64,000 bases of DNA from Promethearchaeota archaeon (GCA_048940925.1 JBHLOC010000006.1:32001-96000), one strand, 5' to 3'. Shown: positions 19,597-30,009, counted from the first letter of the stretch. The notes: generated from the sequence alone by a model not told the origin. A program made the numbers and translations.

Positions 19597-21453
19597 TTAT
19601 TCCATCTGTAAATATTCTAGAAAATATCGCTGAGCTAAAAGATCTGAATTAACCATACCTAGAACTTTTCCTTGATCCACTACCGGCATTGCAGAAATCT
19701 GATATTGTTCAAGCTCACGAACAATATCTAATAGAGAAAAATCTGGGAATGCTGTAATAACATTTTGAGTCATTATTTTCTCAATATGGACATCACAACT
19801 ATTAGAAGCTACCGCTGCTGTTATATCCCAATCTGTCACAACTCCTACTAGTTTATTCTTAGAAAGTACTGCTATAATTCCACTTTCTTTCTCAATCATT
19901 AAGGCAGCAGCTTCTTGTATACTTTTGTTAACATTAATAGTCGGAATTGAAATCATAATATCTTTTGCTGTACGTTCACTTTCTTTTGCAGTTAAACGCT
20001 GGAGGCTGATGAGTTCAGCGGCAGTACTAGGAAGCATATCAGGATTTCCGGCTAACAAATCGATTAATTCAATCATGTTATGAGGAATAACTTTTTCTCT
20101 ATATTCTATTCCCGCTTTAAGTCGTGCTTTTGAGAGATCAGCAAATTCATTTGAATGTTCTTTTAACCATTTTTCTACTGATTCACGATTACCTAACATC
20201 TCTTCTGGAATTTGTAAATGATCTGGAGTTTTTATAATATGCTCTTGAGCTGCAAATATCACACCTCCTGAATTAACTAAATAATCATTTGCAATCATAA
20301 CTCCCTTTTCTCTATATACAATTTGTTCCATCCGTATTCGAGCTGCTTTTCTATTAGGATCTGGACTATAAGTATTTGCACCTTCTATTATTAATGACCA
20401 TTTACCCATTCGATCAACGAGCATCGAAGGATTTTCAGAGCTTCTAACACCTAAATAATTAAAAATTGGAGCTGCAGGAATCATACAAAAAGCATTTTCA
20501 AGAAGCAAATTATTTGCGTTTGTAGAAAATTTAGTTGGATGTTTATACCCTTCTGAAATTATTTGATTTTTAAAATATAGGTTAGAAACTAATTTTTTTT
20601 CTCTCCAGAGTTTAAATAATTCTCCAATAGGTAATCCAGTTTCATTATATAAATATCCTTCCAAATCACTAACACCTACTACTTTTGCTTCAGGTAATCG
20701 TTCTTGTAATGCACGAGCAGCATGAGCTCCTACTGCTCCAAAACCTTGAATTAATATTTTGAGATCATTTGCATAAGGAATTTCCAAATTAGCGAATTGA
20801 GTAAGGACTCTTAACCTGGGCATTATTTCCAATAAAGTTTGTAACGCAATTATCACTCCTTCACCAGCAGCTCCAAGTTCATCAATACGATTCCCTCCCA
20901 TATCAACAGGCTTAGAGAGAGCATTATCTATCCCATTTTCAATTGCAATAGTCTTCATATCAATATCATTAGTCCCAACATCAGGTCCTGGTAGGTATAT
21001 GTCTACATATCTACGGATTAATTGAGCAAAACCACGAACTATATTCATATGTTCTTCATCGGTGAGTCCCGTTTCTGCTACAATTCCTGCTTTTCCACCC
21101 CCATAGGGAAGATTAGCTGCAGCATTTTTTAAAGTCATACCTCTCGCTAAATTATGAATATCGGCAGGTGTTATATTGGGTAACATTCTTATGCCTCCCA
21201 TACTCGGTTTTCCCATACTTAGATTATCAATAACAAGATAACCACCTATTTCTAATTGAGATTCTTCATCCCAAACACATGCTACTAGATGAGGACCTAA
21301 CTTATCAGAGACAATGCCAAGTTGAGATAACAAATGCTCATCTAAATTACTAAATTCTAAATAGCACCTTCCTTTATCTTTTTTAAGTCGAGTTTTGAGA
21401 GTTGCACTTGGTAATTTTTCTTTAAGAAAGACCTCCATTTTCTTTGGAATCAT
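19597..21453 (-). CDS. Glu/Leu/Phe/Val dehydrogenase with C-terminal CBS pair
   Basis: GGIRM, LARGMTLK, GGGKAG, GPDVGT, QGFGAVG, EGAN, NSGGV; C-terminal LVGVVTDWDI / MPVVDQGKVLGMV. Confidence 0.9.
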   Translation of the reverse strand: MIPKKMEVFLKEKLPSATLKTRLKKDKGRCYLEFSNLDEHLLSQLGIVSDKLGPHLVACVWDEESQLEIGGYLVIDNLSMGKPSMGGIRMLPNITPADIHNLARGMTLKNAAANLPYGGGKAGIVAETGLTDEEHMNIVRGFAQLIRRYVDIYLPGPDVGTNDIDMKTIAIENGIDNALSKPVDMGGNRIDELGAAGEGVIIALQTLLEIMPRLRVLTQFANLEIPYANDLKILIQGFGAVGAHAARALQERLPEAKVVGVSDLEGYLYNETGLPIGELFKLWREKKLVSNLYFKNQIISEGYKHPTKFSTNANNLLLENAFCMIPAAPIFNYLGVRSSENPSMLVDRMGKWSLIIEGANTYSPDPNRKAARIRMEQIVYREKGVMIANDYLVNSGGVIFAAQEHIIKTPDHLQIPEEMLGNRESVEKWLKEHSNEFADLSKARLKAGIEYREKVIPHNMIELIDLLAGNPDMLPSTAAELISLQRLTAKESERTAKDIMISIPTINVNKSIQEAAALMIEKESGIIAVLSKNKLVGVVTDWDITAAVASNSCDVHIEKIMTQNVITAFPDFSLLDIVRELEQYQISAMPVVDQGKVLGMVNSDLLAQRYFLEYLQME

Positions 21454-21609
21454 AACTAATGCCCTTTTAAAATTCGGATTATTTTTATTTAAGTATGTTT
21501 ACTATAATGAGTCTTTCTAATTTAAAATGTCTGGTTTAATACTTTTTAATCACTTGGATTACTTCTATCTAAAAATAATTAATTAAAACTATAATGAATA
21601 AAACTATAT

Positions 21610-21828
21610 ATGGAAATTCGTACTAAGAAGCTTCTATTAATTGGAATAGAACAAGCAATACCTTATCTCATTAATAAGTTTTATCAAGAGGATTTAATCC
21701 CAAATATAGGGCATTTAATTGAGAATGGGGTCATAGTTGAAGCATATCCATTAGCTCATTTGTTGCAAATTCCAAAGTCTAAAAACTCACATGGTAAAAT
21801 TCTACAAGAGTTTTTTTATAATAATTAA
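21610..21828 (+). pseudogene. Remnant N-terminus of an alkaline-phosphatase/nucleotide phosphodiesterase family gene
   Basis: KKLLLIGIEQAIPYLINKFYQEDLIPNIGHLIENG resembles the family N-terminus (IGxD, with D to E), then similarity is lost. Confidence 0.5.
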
Positions 21829-21949
21829 GTCTCATTATGAGAAAATTTATTTTTTCATACTCGATCTAATTTTTTTTAAAGTTTTAATCATTTTTATTAT
21901 AAATTGATTTAAACCTAATTTTTATTCTTTTAAAGAAAAATAAAAATTC

Positions 21950-22249
21950 TTGGTGATTATTATTACAATAAGTATTATCGCAACTGTCCATGTTAGAGAA
22001 GGCAAAATGGAAGAAGCAAAAGAAGTTCTAAAGAAAATAGTTCCTAAAATAAAAGAATCTGAGCCAGGAACTTTAGAATATATTCCTCATTCAGTAAAAC
22101 AAGATCCAAATGCAATTATTTTTTATGAAAAATATGCTGATGACGATGCTATGAAAACACATACGAAAAATTTAGGGAAAAATATGGCAGAATTAGGACC
22201 ATTATTGGAACCGGGAACGGATATCAAAAATCTTAAGGAAATTCTATAA
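21950..22249 (+). CDS. Antibiotic biosynthesis monooxygenase (ABM) family protein
   Basis: IIATVHVREGK, EPGTLEY, FYEKYADDDAMKTH; true start may be ATT 21962. Confidence 0.85.
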   Translation: MVIIITISIIATVHVREGKMEEAKEVLKKIVPKIKESEPGTLEYIPHSVKQDPNAIIFYEKYADDDAMKTHTKNLGKNMAELGPLLEPGTDIKNLKEIL

Positions 22250-22420
22250 ATCAAATCTCTTTTTTTTATTTTATCATCTTGAACATATAGGTTGCCAATT
22301 TGAAAAAATATATCTACATATTTTAATTCTCAACCAACATAATTTTAGTGTTAAATATCTTTTTATTTTACCTTATGAACTTTAAGATAAATTCTATTAA
22401 AAAGAAATTAATTTTTTTAT

Positions 22421-23992
22421 TCATACATCTTGTATATAAGGTTTACCTGAGTGTATTGAGAATTCTGCCTTATTTAATTCTCGACCTAAATAGTTTAAGT
22501 GATAAACATCTTTTGTTAAATTTAGTTGAATAATTTTCTTACTCAATGCTTCAGCATTATCTCCTATTAATGTATTTTGAAGTTCATCGTCATTTGAAAA
22601 AAATAAGACATATATTTTTTTAGAATAGTGGTTAATATATATTCTAAAATACCCGTTCTTATCAGGAATATAAGTAGGATTTTGAGTATTTACTAGGATT
22701 GCATTTTTTTCATCAATTTCAGGTACACCTTGACTTGTTTTTCCTTTTGCTTTAAAAACTGATATTCCTTGATTAATAGGGGGCGTTCTATTGTATTTTG
22801 ATATATAATTTAATTTAACACATTCATTTAACTCTGCAATACCACCTATTAGTTTTGTACTATGCTCAACTGTGAATAAAATACCTATATCTAATTCAAT
22901 TGCTATGCTAGCTAGTAATCCATTGATTCCAACAGAATCTATGTCCATTAACTCAACCACATTTGAAATTCCAAAGAATAAAGGTAACTCTAAATGCATG
23001 TTTTCAGGTTTGGACACAATTTTTCTATATAAGAAATAAGTTTGTAAAGAATTGCAAATTCCAGGGGATATAGGTGTTTCTAATAGAGGATCAGCGATTA
23101 ATTTTGTAAATCCATAGTTTTGCATTTCTTTAGTTAAAGAAAGGAGATTTTTGACCCTAGAATTAGGATCTTTTGGGAAAACTCCTTTATTTATTATTGA
23201 CGGTAACAATACAATTGGAATATCTTTTGGGATATTTAAAAATTTACGATAATTTCCAAGGTCAAAACTCAAAACCAAATCAATATCTTTTTTAATGGCA
23301 GTGAAAATTTCATCTTTATGCATTGAATCAATACTAACTAATATATTAAAATTATTTCGAATTAAGTTAATTACTTCCTTAACTCTTTTCGGGTCTGGTT
23401 TATTGGCTATACAGCCAATATCTATTATATCTGCTCCCGATTGAATATAGTGAGAAACTTTTTTAATGATATCTTTATCAGATTTTTTAGTACAATTAAC
23501 AATTTCTGCTATAATAGGTGGTGCAATTCCGTGTCCAATTATTATATCTGAGGATTTTTCATTAAGATAAAAAGTGTGCTGGCAGATATTTTTCTTTGCT
23601 ATTTTAATGTTTTTTAATAATACTTCCTTAAATAACTCATCTCCAGATGTTTCCATTAATTTATTAGCTGGAATTGAATTAGATAATTTAATTTTATGTA
23701 AATTTTCTAAAATGATAGGGATATCTGATGCAAATTCGGGACCTTTTTTAATGTTAGCAGAAAACTGTCTTTCTAAATCTTTTGTATCCCATTGAACGAA
23801 ACCAGGGATTAAAATTAAATCATATTTTGATAATGTTATTAATTTTAAGATTTTTTTTGTTATATTTTGAGTGAGAAAAGCTGAAATCGAGATTGGTGCT
23901 TTATAAACTTCTATATTATGTTTTATAATTGGTTGAACAATTTTTGTAATTGATGGATAACTCTGTTGACCAGTAATGATGAGAATTTTAAT
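22421..23992 (-). CDS. Dihydropteroate synthase-like protein with C-terminal DUF4346-like domain; probable ATT start
   Basis: IIAEIV, GADIIDIG, SIDS, IADP, SNVVELMDIDSVGIN, DKNGYF, HLNYLGREL; frame stays open 112 codons upstream of ATG 23656 (KILIITG, YDLILIPG, KGPEFASDIP). Confidence 0.85.
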   Translation of the reverse strand: MKILIITGQQSYPSITKIVQPIIKHNIEVYKAPISISAFLTQNITKKILKLITLSKYDLILIPGFVQWDTKDLERQFSANIKKGPEFASDIPIILENLHKIKLSNSIPANKLMETSGDELFKEVLLKNIKIAKKNICQHTFYLNEKSSDIIIGHGIAPPIIAEIVNCTKKSDKDIIKKVSHYIQSGADIIDIGCIANKPDPKRVKEVINLIRNNFNILVSIDSMHKDEIFTAIKKDIDLVLSFDLGNYRKFLNIPKDIPIVLLPSIINKGVFPKDPNSRVKNLLSLTKEMQNYGFTKLIADPLLETPISPGICNSLQTYFLYRKIVSKPENMHLELPLFFGISNVVELMDIDSVGINGLLASIAIELDIGILFTVEHSTKLIGGIAELNECVKLNYISKYNRTPPINQGISVFKAKGKTSQGVPEIDEKNAILVNTQNPTYIPDKNGYFRIYINHYSKKIYVLFFSNDDELQNTLIGDNAEALSKKIIQLNLTKDVYHLNYLGRELNKAEFSIHSGKPYIQDV

Positions 23993-25079
23993 TTAAATCA
24001 CTTATCAACTTATCTTTTTCAAATGGAATAAAAATATCATCCAAAATAGAGCCGCTGGCATCCTTAATTTTTAAATTGTTAATGATGGGCTCAAATTCAC
24101 CCCCAAGAATTCCATTCGCTATGAAAGCAGCACCTTGAGCAGCGCGTTTTGCTATTTGACTATATGATTTCATTATTCTTACGGGAGCAACATCAGATAA
24201 CCCATTAGTAATTTTGTTTTTAAAATAATTGAGATTAGCACCCCTTCCAGCCAATAATATTTCACTAATTTTATTTTTACGAGAAAAGGAGGATGAAATT
24301 CCAAAAACTGCCTTTTTTACGCTTGACAAATAAGCTTTTAGAGCCATTTTTGTCTGTTCATCTTTTTCAGCCAAAATAGTTATTTCTTTTAGACTTAAAT
24401 CAGAATACCCTGAGATAAAGGCAACACCGCCTTTATATATATTCTTTTTATGGATATTTTTAATAAGGTAAGCAAGTTCGCCATCAAGAGAACCACTCGC
24501 TCTGAATCCAAGAATGTTTGAACCACCTATCCCATCTACAACTTGACCATTTTCAATTGCTAACACAGCAGTAAATCCATAACCTATTTCAACCATTATA
24601 AAGTTAGTGTATTTAGGAGATACACCAAATCTTTCACTCTGATCTCTAATTCCTGTTACTGTAGTACATATTTTATCAGCAGTACCCATATCAATTTTGT
24701 TGATTTTTCGATATCTGGGGACCGTGGGTAAATGCTTAACACCAGGAACTATTATTCCAGGTATATTTTGAGCTTTAATTAACCTTAATATTTTACCAAG
24801 TCCTACAAGTTTATTTTTCTCATGTTCTTCAAATTTTAATAATGTGAAGAATATATCCTTTTCTGTTAAATCTTTCACTTTTTTTAATGGAAGTCCAAAT
24901 CCACTTGGAGCAACCATTAAATCAATGTTATCAACAGATTTTATTATTGTTATTACTTTTTGAGGATTCTGGATTAACTCTTTTGTAGGAATTGATGTGT
25001 CTAATATTATTTTATTATTATCTAACCCGAAGAAATCCCATGATTTACTACCAGGGTCGATTCCAATTACTCTTACCAC
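23988..25079 (-). CDS. DUF1464 family ASKHA-fold protein (butyrate-kinase-like)
   Basis: VIGIDPGSKSWD, APSGFGLP, PGVKHLPTVP, NKIDMGTADK, VDGIGG. Confidence 0.85.
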   Translation of the reverse strand: MVRVIGIDPGSKSWDFFGLDNNKIILDTSIPTKELIQNPQKVITIIKSVDNIDLMVAPSGFGLPLKKVKDLTEKDIFFTLLKFEEHEKNKLVGLGKILRLIKAQNIPGIIVPGVKHLPTVPRYRKINKIDMGTADKICTTVTGIRDQSERFGVSPKYTNFIMVEIGYGFTAVLAIENGQVVDGIGGSNILGFRASGSLDGELAYLIKNIHKKNIYKGGVAFISGYSDLSLKEITILAEKDEQTKMALKAYLSSVKKAVFGISSSFSRKNKISEILLAGRGANLNYFKNKITNGLSDVAPVRIMKSYSQIAKRAAQGAAFIANGILGGEFEPIINNLKIKDASGSILDDIFIPFEKDKLISDLN

Positions 25080-25272
25080 AAAAACTCAATATTAAATTGA
25101 AATTTTTATTAATTAGTCAAATTTTTTATTTGTTTTAATAGTTAGCTTCAATAAAAAAAGAATCTGTTTATACTTTTTAGGAAGTCTTTTTAAATTAAAC
25201 CAAAGATTTTAGATAAAAAACATAAATTATAATTAAATTTCAAAAGTTTAATAAAAATAAGAGTAAATTTAG

Positions 25273-25815
25273 GTGAATAATATTCCTCTAGTAAAAGTAT
25301 TTGTTTGTAAGATTTGTGGAGAAGCATATATAGGAGAGAAAGAACCTTCACGTTGTCCATTTTGCGGAGCGTATGAAAAATTTTTTGTTGAATCAACAAA
25401 GTATGATGATTCAGGAGCTTGGGATGTTGATTTAAATGAAAAGGATAAAACTAATGCTGAAAAAGCTTTAGAAGTAGAAATATCGAATAATATTTTTTAT
25501 AAATGTGCAAGTGAGAAAACACCTGAATTAGATGGAAAAAAGATTTTTAAAATTCTAGCAAAAGTAGAAGCAGAACACGCTTCAGTTTGGAAGAAAATTC
25601 TCAAATTGGACAAGGTAGAATTTCCTAAATATGATAAGTGTGCCGCAGAATACAAACCAAACCTTGAAGAATCCCATGCAAGGGAAGATAGAGCAATAAA
25701 ATTCTATAGTCAAGCTGCGGCTGATGCCGAAAATCCACGTGTAAAGGAAATTTTTGAAGCGTTTGTGGATGTGGAAAGAGATCATCTTCACTTGTCAGAA
25801 AAAAGATTGAAATAA
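25273..25815 (+). CDS. Rubredoxin-domain plus ferritin-like (rubrerythrin-type) protein
   Basis: CKICG...CPFCGA; EAEH and ERDH di-iron motifs; true start may be ATT 25282. Confidence 0.88.
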   Translation: MNNIPLVKVFVCKICGEAYIGEKEPSRCPFCGAYEKFFVESTKYDDSGAWDVDLNEKDKTNAEKALEVEISNNIFYKCASEKTPELDGKKIFKILAKVEAEHASVWKKILKLDKVEFPKYDKCAAEYKPNLEESHAREDRAIKFYSQAAADAENPRVKEIFEAFVDVERDHLHLSEKRLK

Positions 25816-25970
25816 AATATTTAATTAATTATTTTTTATTTTTTCTTTAAAAGAGATTTTTTTATAACTGATAAGAGAAGAAATGCAAGATGATATAGTA
25901 TTTTTAGAGTCTTGCAGAATGTAAATTTTATTTTCTTTTTTGTATTTTTTTTAATTGGTGAATATTTTTA

Positions 25971-26942
25971 TTGATTGATTCAGTTGAAGGATTCATTTTT
26001 GAAATACAAAAGATGTCAACTGAAGATGGCCCAGGTATTAGAACAACGGTATTTTTTAAACAATGTCCTTTAAGATGCAAATGGTGTCATAACCCAGAAT
26101 CACTTTTTAAACACCCACAGTTAGAATGGTTTAAACATAAATGTATTGGATGTAAAACATGTATAGAAATTTGCGAAGAGCAGGCATTATTTTTTAATGA
26201 GGAAGGATTACTAATTGATAGACAAAAATGCGTAAATTGCGGAAGATGTGCAGAAGAATGTCCGAGTACAGCATTGCATATGATTGGCGAATACTGGGAT
26301 TTAGATAATTTATTTCGAGAGATAGAAAAAGATAAAGTATATTATACAGAATCTAATGGGGGAATTACAATATCAGGTGGAGAGCCAACGGTTCAATCTG
26401 AGTTCACTCTCCACTTTTTAAAAAAATGTAAAGATAATGGCATATCAACAGCGTTAGATACTTGTGGATATGCATCAAAGAAAATTTTCGAGAAGTTATT
26501 ACCACATGTTGATTTAGTTCTTTTAGATATTAAAGAAATTGATAAAAAAAAACATAAAGCATATACAGGAGTTACAAATGATTTAATACTGGAAAATGCC
26601 ATTTGGATTTCTAAATATGTTCAAAAAAATAATAAAGAAATTTGGATAAGAACACCAATTATACCAAAATACACTGGAACTGATGAAAATATTAAGGGTA
26701 TTGGAGAATTTATAGTCAACCAACTAAATAACATTCCTGAACGCTGGGATTTATTGGCTTTTAATAACTTGTGTAGTGCAAAATATGAAAGATTAGATAT
26801 GGATTGGGCCTTAAAAGGTTTTTCAGTGATATCGAGGAATGAAATTGAGCATTTCTGTAAGATTGCAAAATCAACTGGTGTAAAAAATGTGCGATGGTCA
26901 GGTTTAGTAAAAAGAGAGGAAAATAGTTATAAAAATGAATAA
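25971..26942 (+). CDS. Glycyl-radical enzyme activating protein (radical SAM with ferredoxin insert)
   Basis: DGPGIRTTVFFKQCPLRCKWCHNPE, two CxxCxxCxxxC, SGGEP, DTCG. Confidence 0.92.
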   Translation: MIDSVEGFIFEIQKMSTEDGPGIRTTVFFKQCPLRCKWCHNPESLFKHPQLEWFKHKCIGCKTCIEICEEQALFFNEEGLLIDRQKCVNCGRCAEECPSTALHMIGEYWDLDNLFREIEKDKVYYTESNGGITISGGEPTVQSEFTLHFLKKCKDNGISTALDTCGYASKKIFEKLLPHVDLVLLDIKEIDKKKHKAYTGVTNDLILENAIWISKYVQKNNKEIWIRTPIIPKYTGTDENIKGIGEFIVNQLNNIPERWDLLAFNNLCSAKYERLDMDWALKGFSVISRNEIEHFCKIAKSTGVKNVRWSGLVKREENSYKNE

Positions 26943-26964
26943 TTAGATTGATAAAAATATAATC

Positions 26965-27678
26965 TTGATGCTTCTTATGAGTTTTAAACCAGAATATTTT
27001 GGGCTTAAAAGAGATTGTTTATATGAAATAATAGCGACAACTTATTCTATTACTGATAATGAAAAGGCTATTCACCCTAATGCTTCTTGTATGGGGATAA
27101 GATTGATTGATAATAACAATTTACAGATCATTCCTTTTTATACTACATCTACCTACAAAAATCTAAAAGCCAATAATATAATTGCTATTAATTTTATTGA
27201 CGATATATACTTATATGCTCTTGCTGCATTAAAAGATCCACATTCTTCTATAGGTTTAATTGAATTCCCCTCAAAATATTATTCATACAAATATTTTGAT
27301 TTTCTCGTGAGTGATATACCATACATAAAGAAAGCATGGGGTTTATTATTGGGTAGAGTCCTACAAGAATTCCAAAAAACTAAAAAAGATGAATTAGGAG
27401 ATATTAACGTGCCAGTGTTTAAGTTAGATGTTATTTTTAACAAAAAATTTCATGAGTCTTATAAATTATTCAATAGAGCAGAAAACTTAACCTTGGAAAC
27501 AATAATTTTAGCAACTCGCTTAAAAATTGCTAAGAAACAAAAAAATCAATATCTGTTTTCTAAACTCTATGAAAAAATGAGAGATCATATAGAGAATATT
27601 GAAAGGTTTGGAAAAAATAAAAAAGTATTAAAAACTATTGAATTGGTAAGTAGTTATATGAAAAAATTGATGGAGTAA
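26965..27678 (+). CDS. DUF447 family protein
   Basis: YEIIATT, PNASCMG, TYKNL, FNRA...EtIIlATR; lies in the methanopterin cluster. Confidence 0.75.
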   Translation: MMLLMSFKPEYFGLKRDCLYEIIATTYSITDNEKAIHPNASCMGIRLIDNNNLQIIPFYTTSTYKNLKANNIIAINFIDDIYLYALAALKDPHSSIGLIEFPSKYYSYKYFDFLVSDIPYIKKAWGLLLGRVLQEFQKTKKDELGDINVPVFKLDVIFNKKFHESYKLFNRAENLTLETIILATRLKIAKKQKNQYLFSKLYEKMRDHIENIERFGKNKKVLKTIELVSSYMKKLME

Positions 27679-28071
27679 TTATTTTTCTTTAATTTTTTCG
27701 ATAAACATTAATGGATATTCTAATTCATCAATCCATTCGACTTTTGCTACCAAAAAAATAGATTCATACTCAACAATTAATTCTGCTTTGATCATATTCC
27801 TTGTAATCTCATCATAATCAAATTCAGTCCTCTTTGTTCCTGATATTTTTTCCCGATTTAATTGAATTTCTACGGATTTTACATAGGGCTGACATGAAAT
27901 AGCCGATTCTATGCCTCTTTCTATGGCACTTATAATTTTTTCGTCATTCTTAATAGGAATTCCGCTAAGAATGTGATATAATGCACCTAGTTTAATACCT
28001 GTTTCAAAACAAGCTCTTTCTCTCTTACTGAGATCAGGTGAAAAATAAATTCTCGTATTATTTATAGGCAT
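27679..28071 (-). CDS. mptD: Archaeal dihydroneopterin aldolase
   Basis: RERACFETGIKLGALYH, QPYV, ELEYPLM. Confidence 0.88.
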   Translation of the reverse strand: MPINNTRIYFSPDLSKRERACFETGIKLGALYHILSGIPIKNDEKIISAIERGIESAISCQPYVKSVEIQLNREKISGTKRTEFDYDEITRNMIKAELIVEYESIFLVAKVEWIDELEYPLMFIEKIKEK

Positions 28072-28077
28072 TTAAAT

Positions 28078-29088
28078 TCAATCTAAATAATCTATTTTAG
28101 CTCCTATATTATTAGGTTTACAAATATAAATATGACCTCCTCCATTTTTTTGATTCTTTTGAACACTCTTTAATAAATCTACTGCTTCTGATTCAGATTC
28201 AACAATTCCAAAAACACTAGGACCAAAAGATGACATTCCATATGCCTTTAGTCCGTATTCTTCAAAGAATAATAATAAGTCTTTTACTATCTGGTGTTGT
28301 AAACTAATCTCAATGCTTTTAAAGCCAATAGATTGAATTCGTTTTAAACCTTCCCCAAAACCATTTAAATCATTTTTAATTAATGAAGGAATAATTTTCA
28401 TAATAATTTGATGAGATACTTCATTTACTTCATTTTTTGGAATTGGGGAATAATTTTGAAACACCCTAACTTCTTCATCACCATAGGCTCCTTTCTTTAT
28501 ACTAGGAATTACTAGTACAAATCTCCAATTCTCAGGGATATCATGTCTGAAAATCGTCAATGCTGGATCGGCTAATTTTGATGCTGATGAAGGTAAATAT
28601 GTTTCTTTTTCTTTACCTTTTCCAAAATCATGTCCACCATCTAAAATGAAACCTCCAGTTTCAAAACCCCTCCAACCTATTCCAGAGGTACCACCCCTTT
28701 CTACTAGTTTAGTTAATTGGTTAGTAGATAAATTAGTAATATTCTTCAATTTCGTTATAGCAGTGGCAATAGCTAAAGATAATTGAGTTTTTGAACCTAA
28801 ACCGACATGTGAAGGAAAATATCTTTTAAGATTGAAATGAAAGTTTTTATTACTAATATTAAAAGTTTTAAATACCTTGGAAGCTATTTCATTTATAACT
28901 TCAATTGATTCTCGATAATATTTATGAGCCTCGATCTTAAATTCTTTAGCATTATTAGAGGCTTCAAATATAACATTAGGACGGTCTAACATAAGACCAA
29001 TACCGCCATCAACTCTTCCAGTATATCCATTCTCGTCTATTAGTGAAAGGTGAATCCTACAAGGAGTTGTTATTCTTAAAGAAGTCAT
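28078..29088 (-). CDS. mptG: Beta-ribofuranosylaminobenzene 5'-phosphate synthase (GHMP family)
   Basis: TPCRIHLSLID, GRVDGGIG, HVGLGSKTQ, RGGTSGIG, GGFILDGGH, GMSSFGP. Confidence 0.9.
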   Translation of the reverse strand: MTSLRITTPCRIHLSLIDENGYTGRVDGGIGLMLDRPNVIFEASNNAKEFKIEAHKYYRESIEVINEIASKVFKTFNISNKNFHFNLKRYFPSHVGLGSKTQLSLAIATAITKLKNITNLSTNQLTKLVERGGTSGIGWRGFETGGFILDGGHDFGKGKEKETYLPSSASKLADPALTIFRHDIPENWRFVLVIPSIKKGAYGDEEVRVFQNYSPIPKNEVNEVSHQIIMKIIPSLIKNDLNGFGEGLKRIQSIGFKSIEISLQHQIVKDLLLFFEEYGLKAYGMSSFGPSVFGIVESESEAVDLLKSVQKNQKNGGGHIYICKPNNIGAKIDYLD

Positions 29089-29193
29089 ATTTTTTTTTTT
29101 TAAAAAAGAACTTTCAGCTATAAATAGAAATTTTCAAAATAATTTAAATGTATTATATACTTTTATTGATAGATTTTAGTGATTTAGAAGGAT

Positions 29194-29553
29194 TTGAGCG
29201 ATATGAGTTATTTAGAAGGATTAACAAGAAATTTAATAAAGAAGGGTTATTCTAAAAAGCAAATTCTTGAAAGATTAGTACAAGAATATAAAGATTTTAA
29301 AACTATAAATCAAACCTCTGCATTTAAGTTGGCTAAAGGGATATTAAAGGAATGTCAAAGAATTGATATAAATGTGATACATGATCTTTTCATTAAGATT
29401 TTATTAGATGTAAATAAAGCTAATGTATCAGTTGGGAAATAATGTGTAGGGTGTAGAGGTGAAGGAGATTTCTTTGTACATAAATTATTAGCTGAATTAT
29501 CAGAGACTAAAACTAATAATTTTCTCCAACTATCACTTTTCAATTATTTTTGA
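29194..29553 (+). pseudogene. Truncated paralog of the AIR-synthase-like gene at 33623
   Basis: LEGLTR...LLDVNKANVSVGK*CVGCRGEGDFFVHKL vs LLDINKANVTIGKQGVGCRGSGDFFVHKL; CAA to TAA at 29440-29442; similarity ends near 29526. Confidence 0.85.
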
Positions 29554-29608
29554 CTTTTTGACTGCCCTGGCACTCATGACGCTTTATCTTGCAGTTAACT
29601 GATTTAGC

Positions 29609-29878
29609 TTGATAATAAACGATTTAGTTATTCTAAATTATAAGAATTCTTATAAAGATTTCTCAAATAAACTGCAGGAAAGTGAGGTTAAATTGCTCAT
29701 ATTTGAGAACTATAAGACTAAAGATATTATTCCAAAACACCATGGCAGAGATATGAACAATAAAGATGGTAATTTAGATTGTTGGAATAATATTTTAAGT
29801 AGTGAAGAAATGGAAACTTTTGATGAGGAATTATTACTTCACGGTCCCTATTGTCAAGCAGAATTAGAATTAAAGTAA
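29609..29878 (+). CDS. Hypothetical protein or gene fragment
   Basis: 89-aa ORF with TTG start and no recognisable motif. Confidence 0.3.
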   Translation: MIINDLVILNYKNSYKDFSNKLQESEVKLLIFENYKTKDIIPKHHGRDMNNKDGNLDCWNNILSSEEMETFDEELLLHGPYCQAELELK

Positions 29879-30009
29879 AAATATCTCAAAATAACATTAC
29901 ATTTATGGTGAATTATGATTATATTGAAAAAAAGGTGAATAATTTTAAATTTAAATATGTTCAATATTAAATGAGAAAAAAATAAATTTACTTTCAAAGA
30001 TGAATTGAA

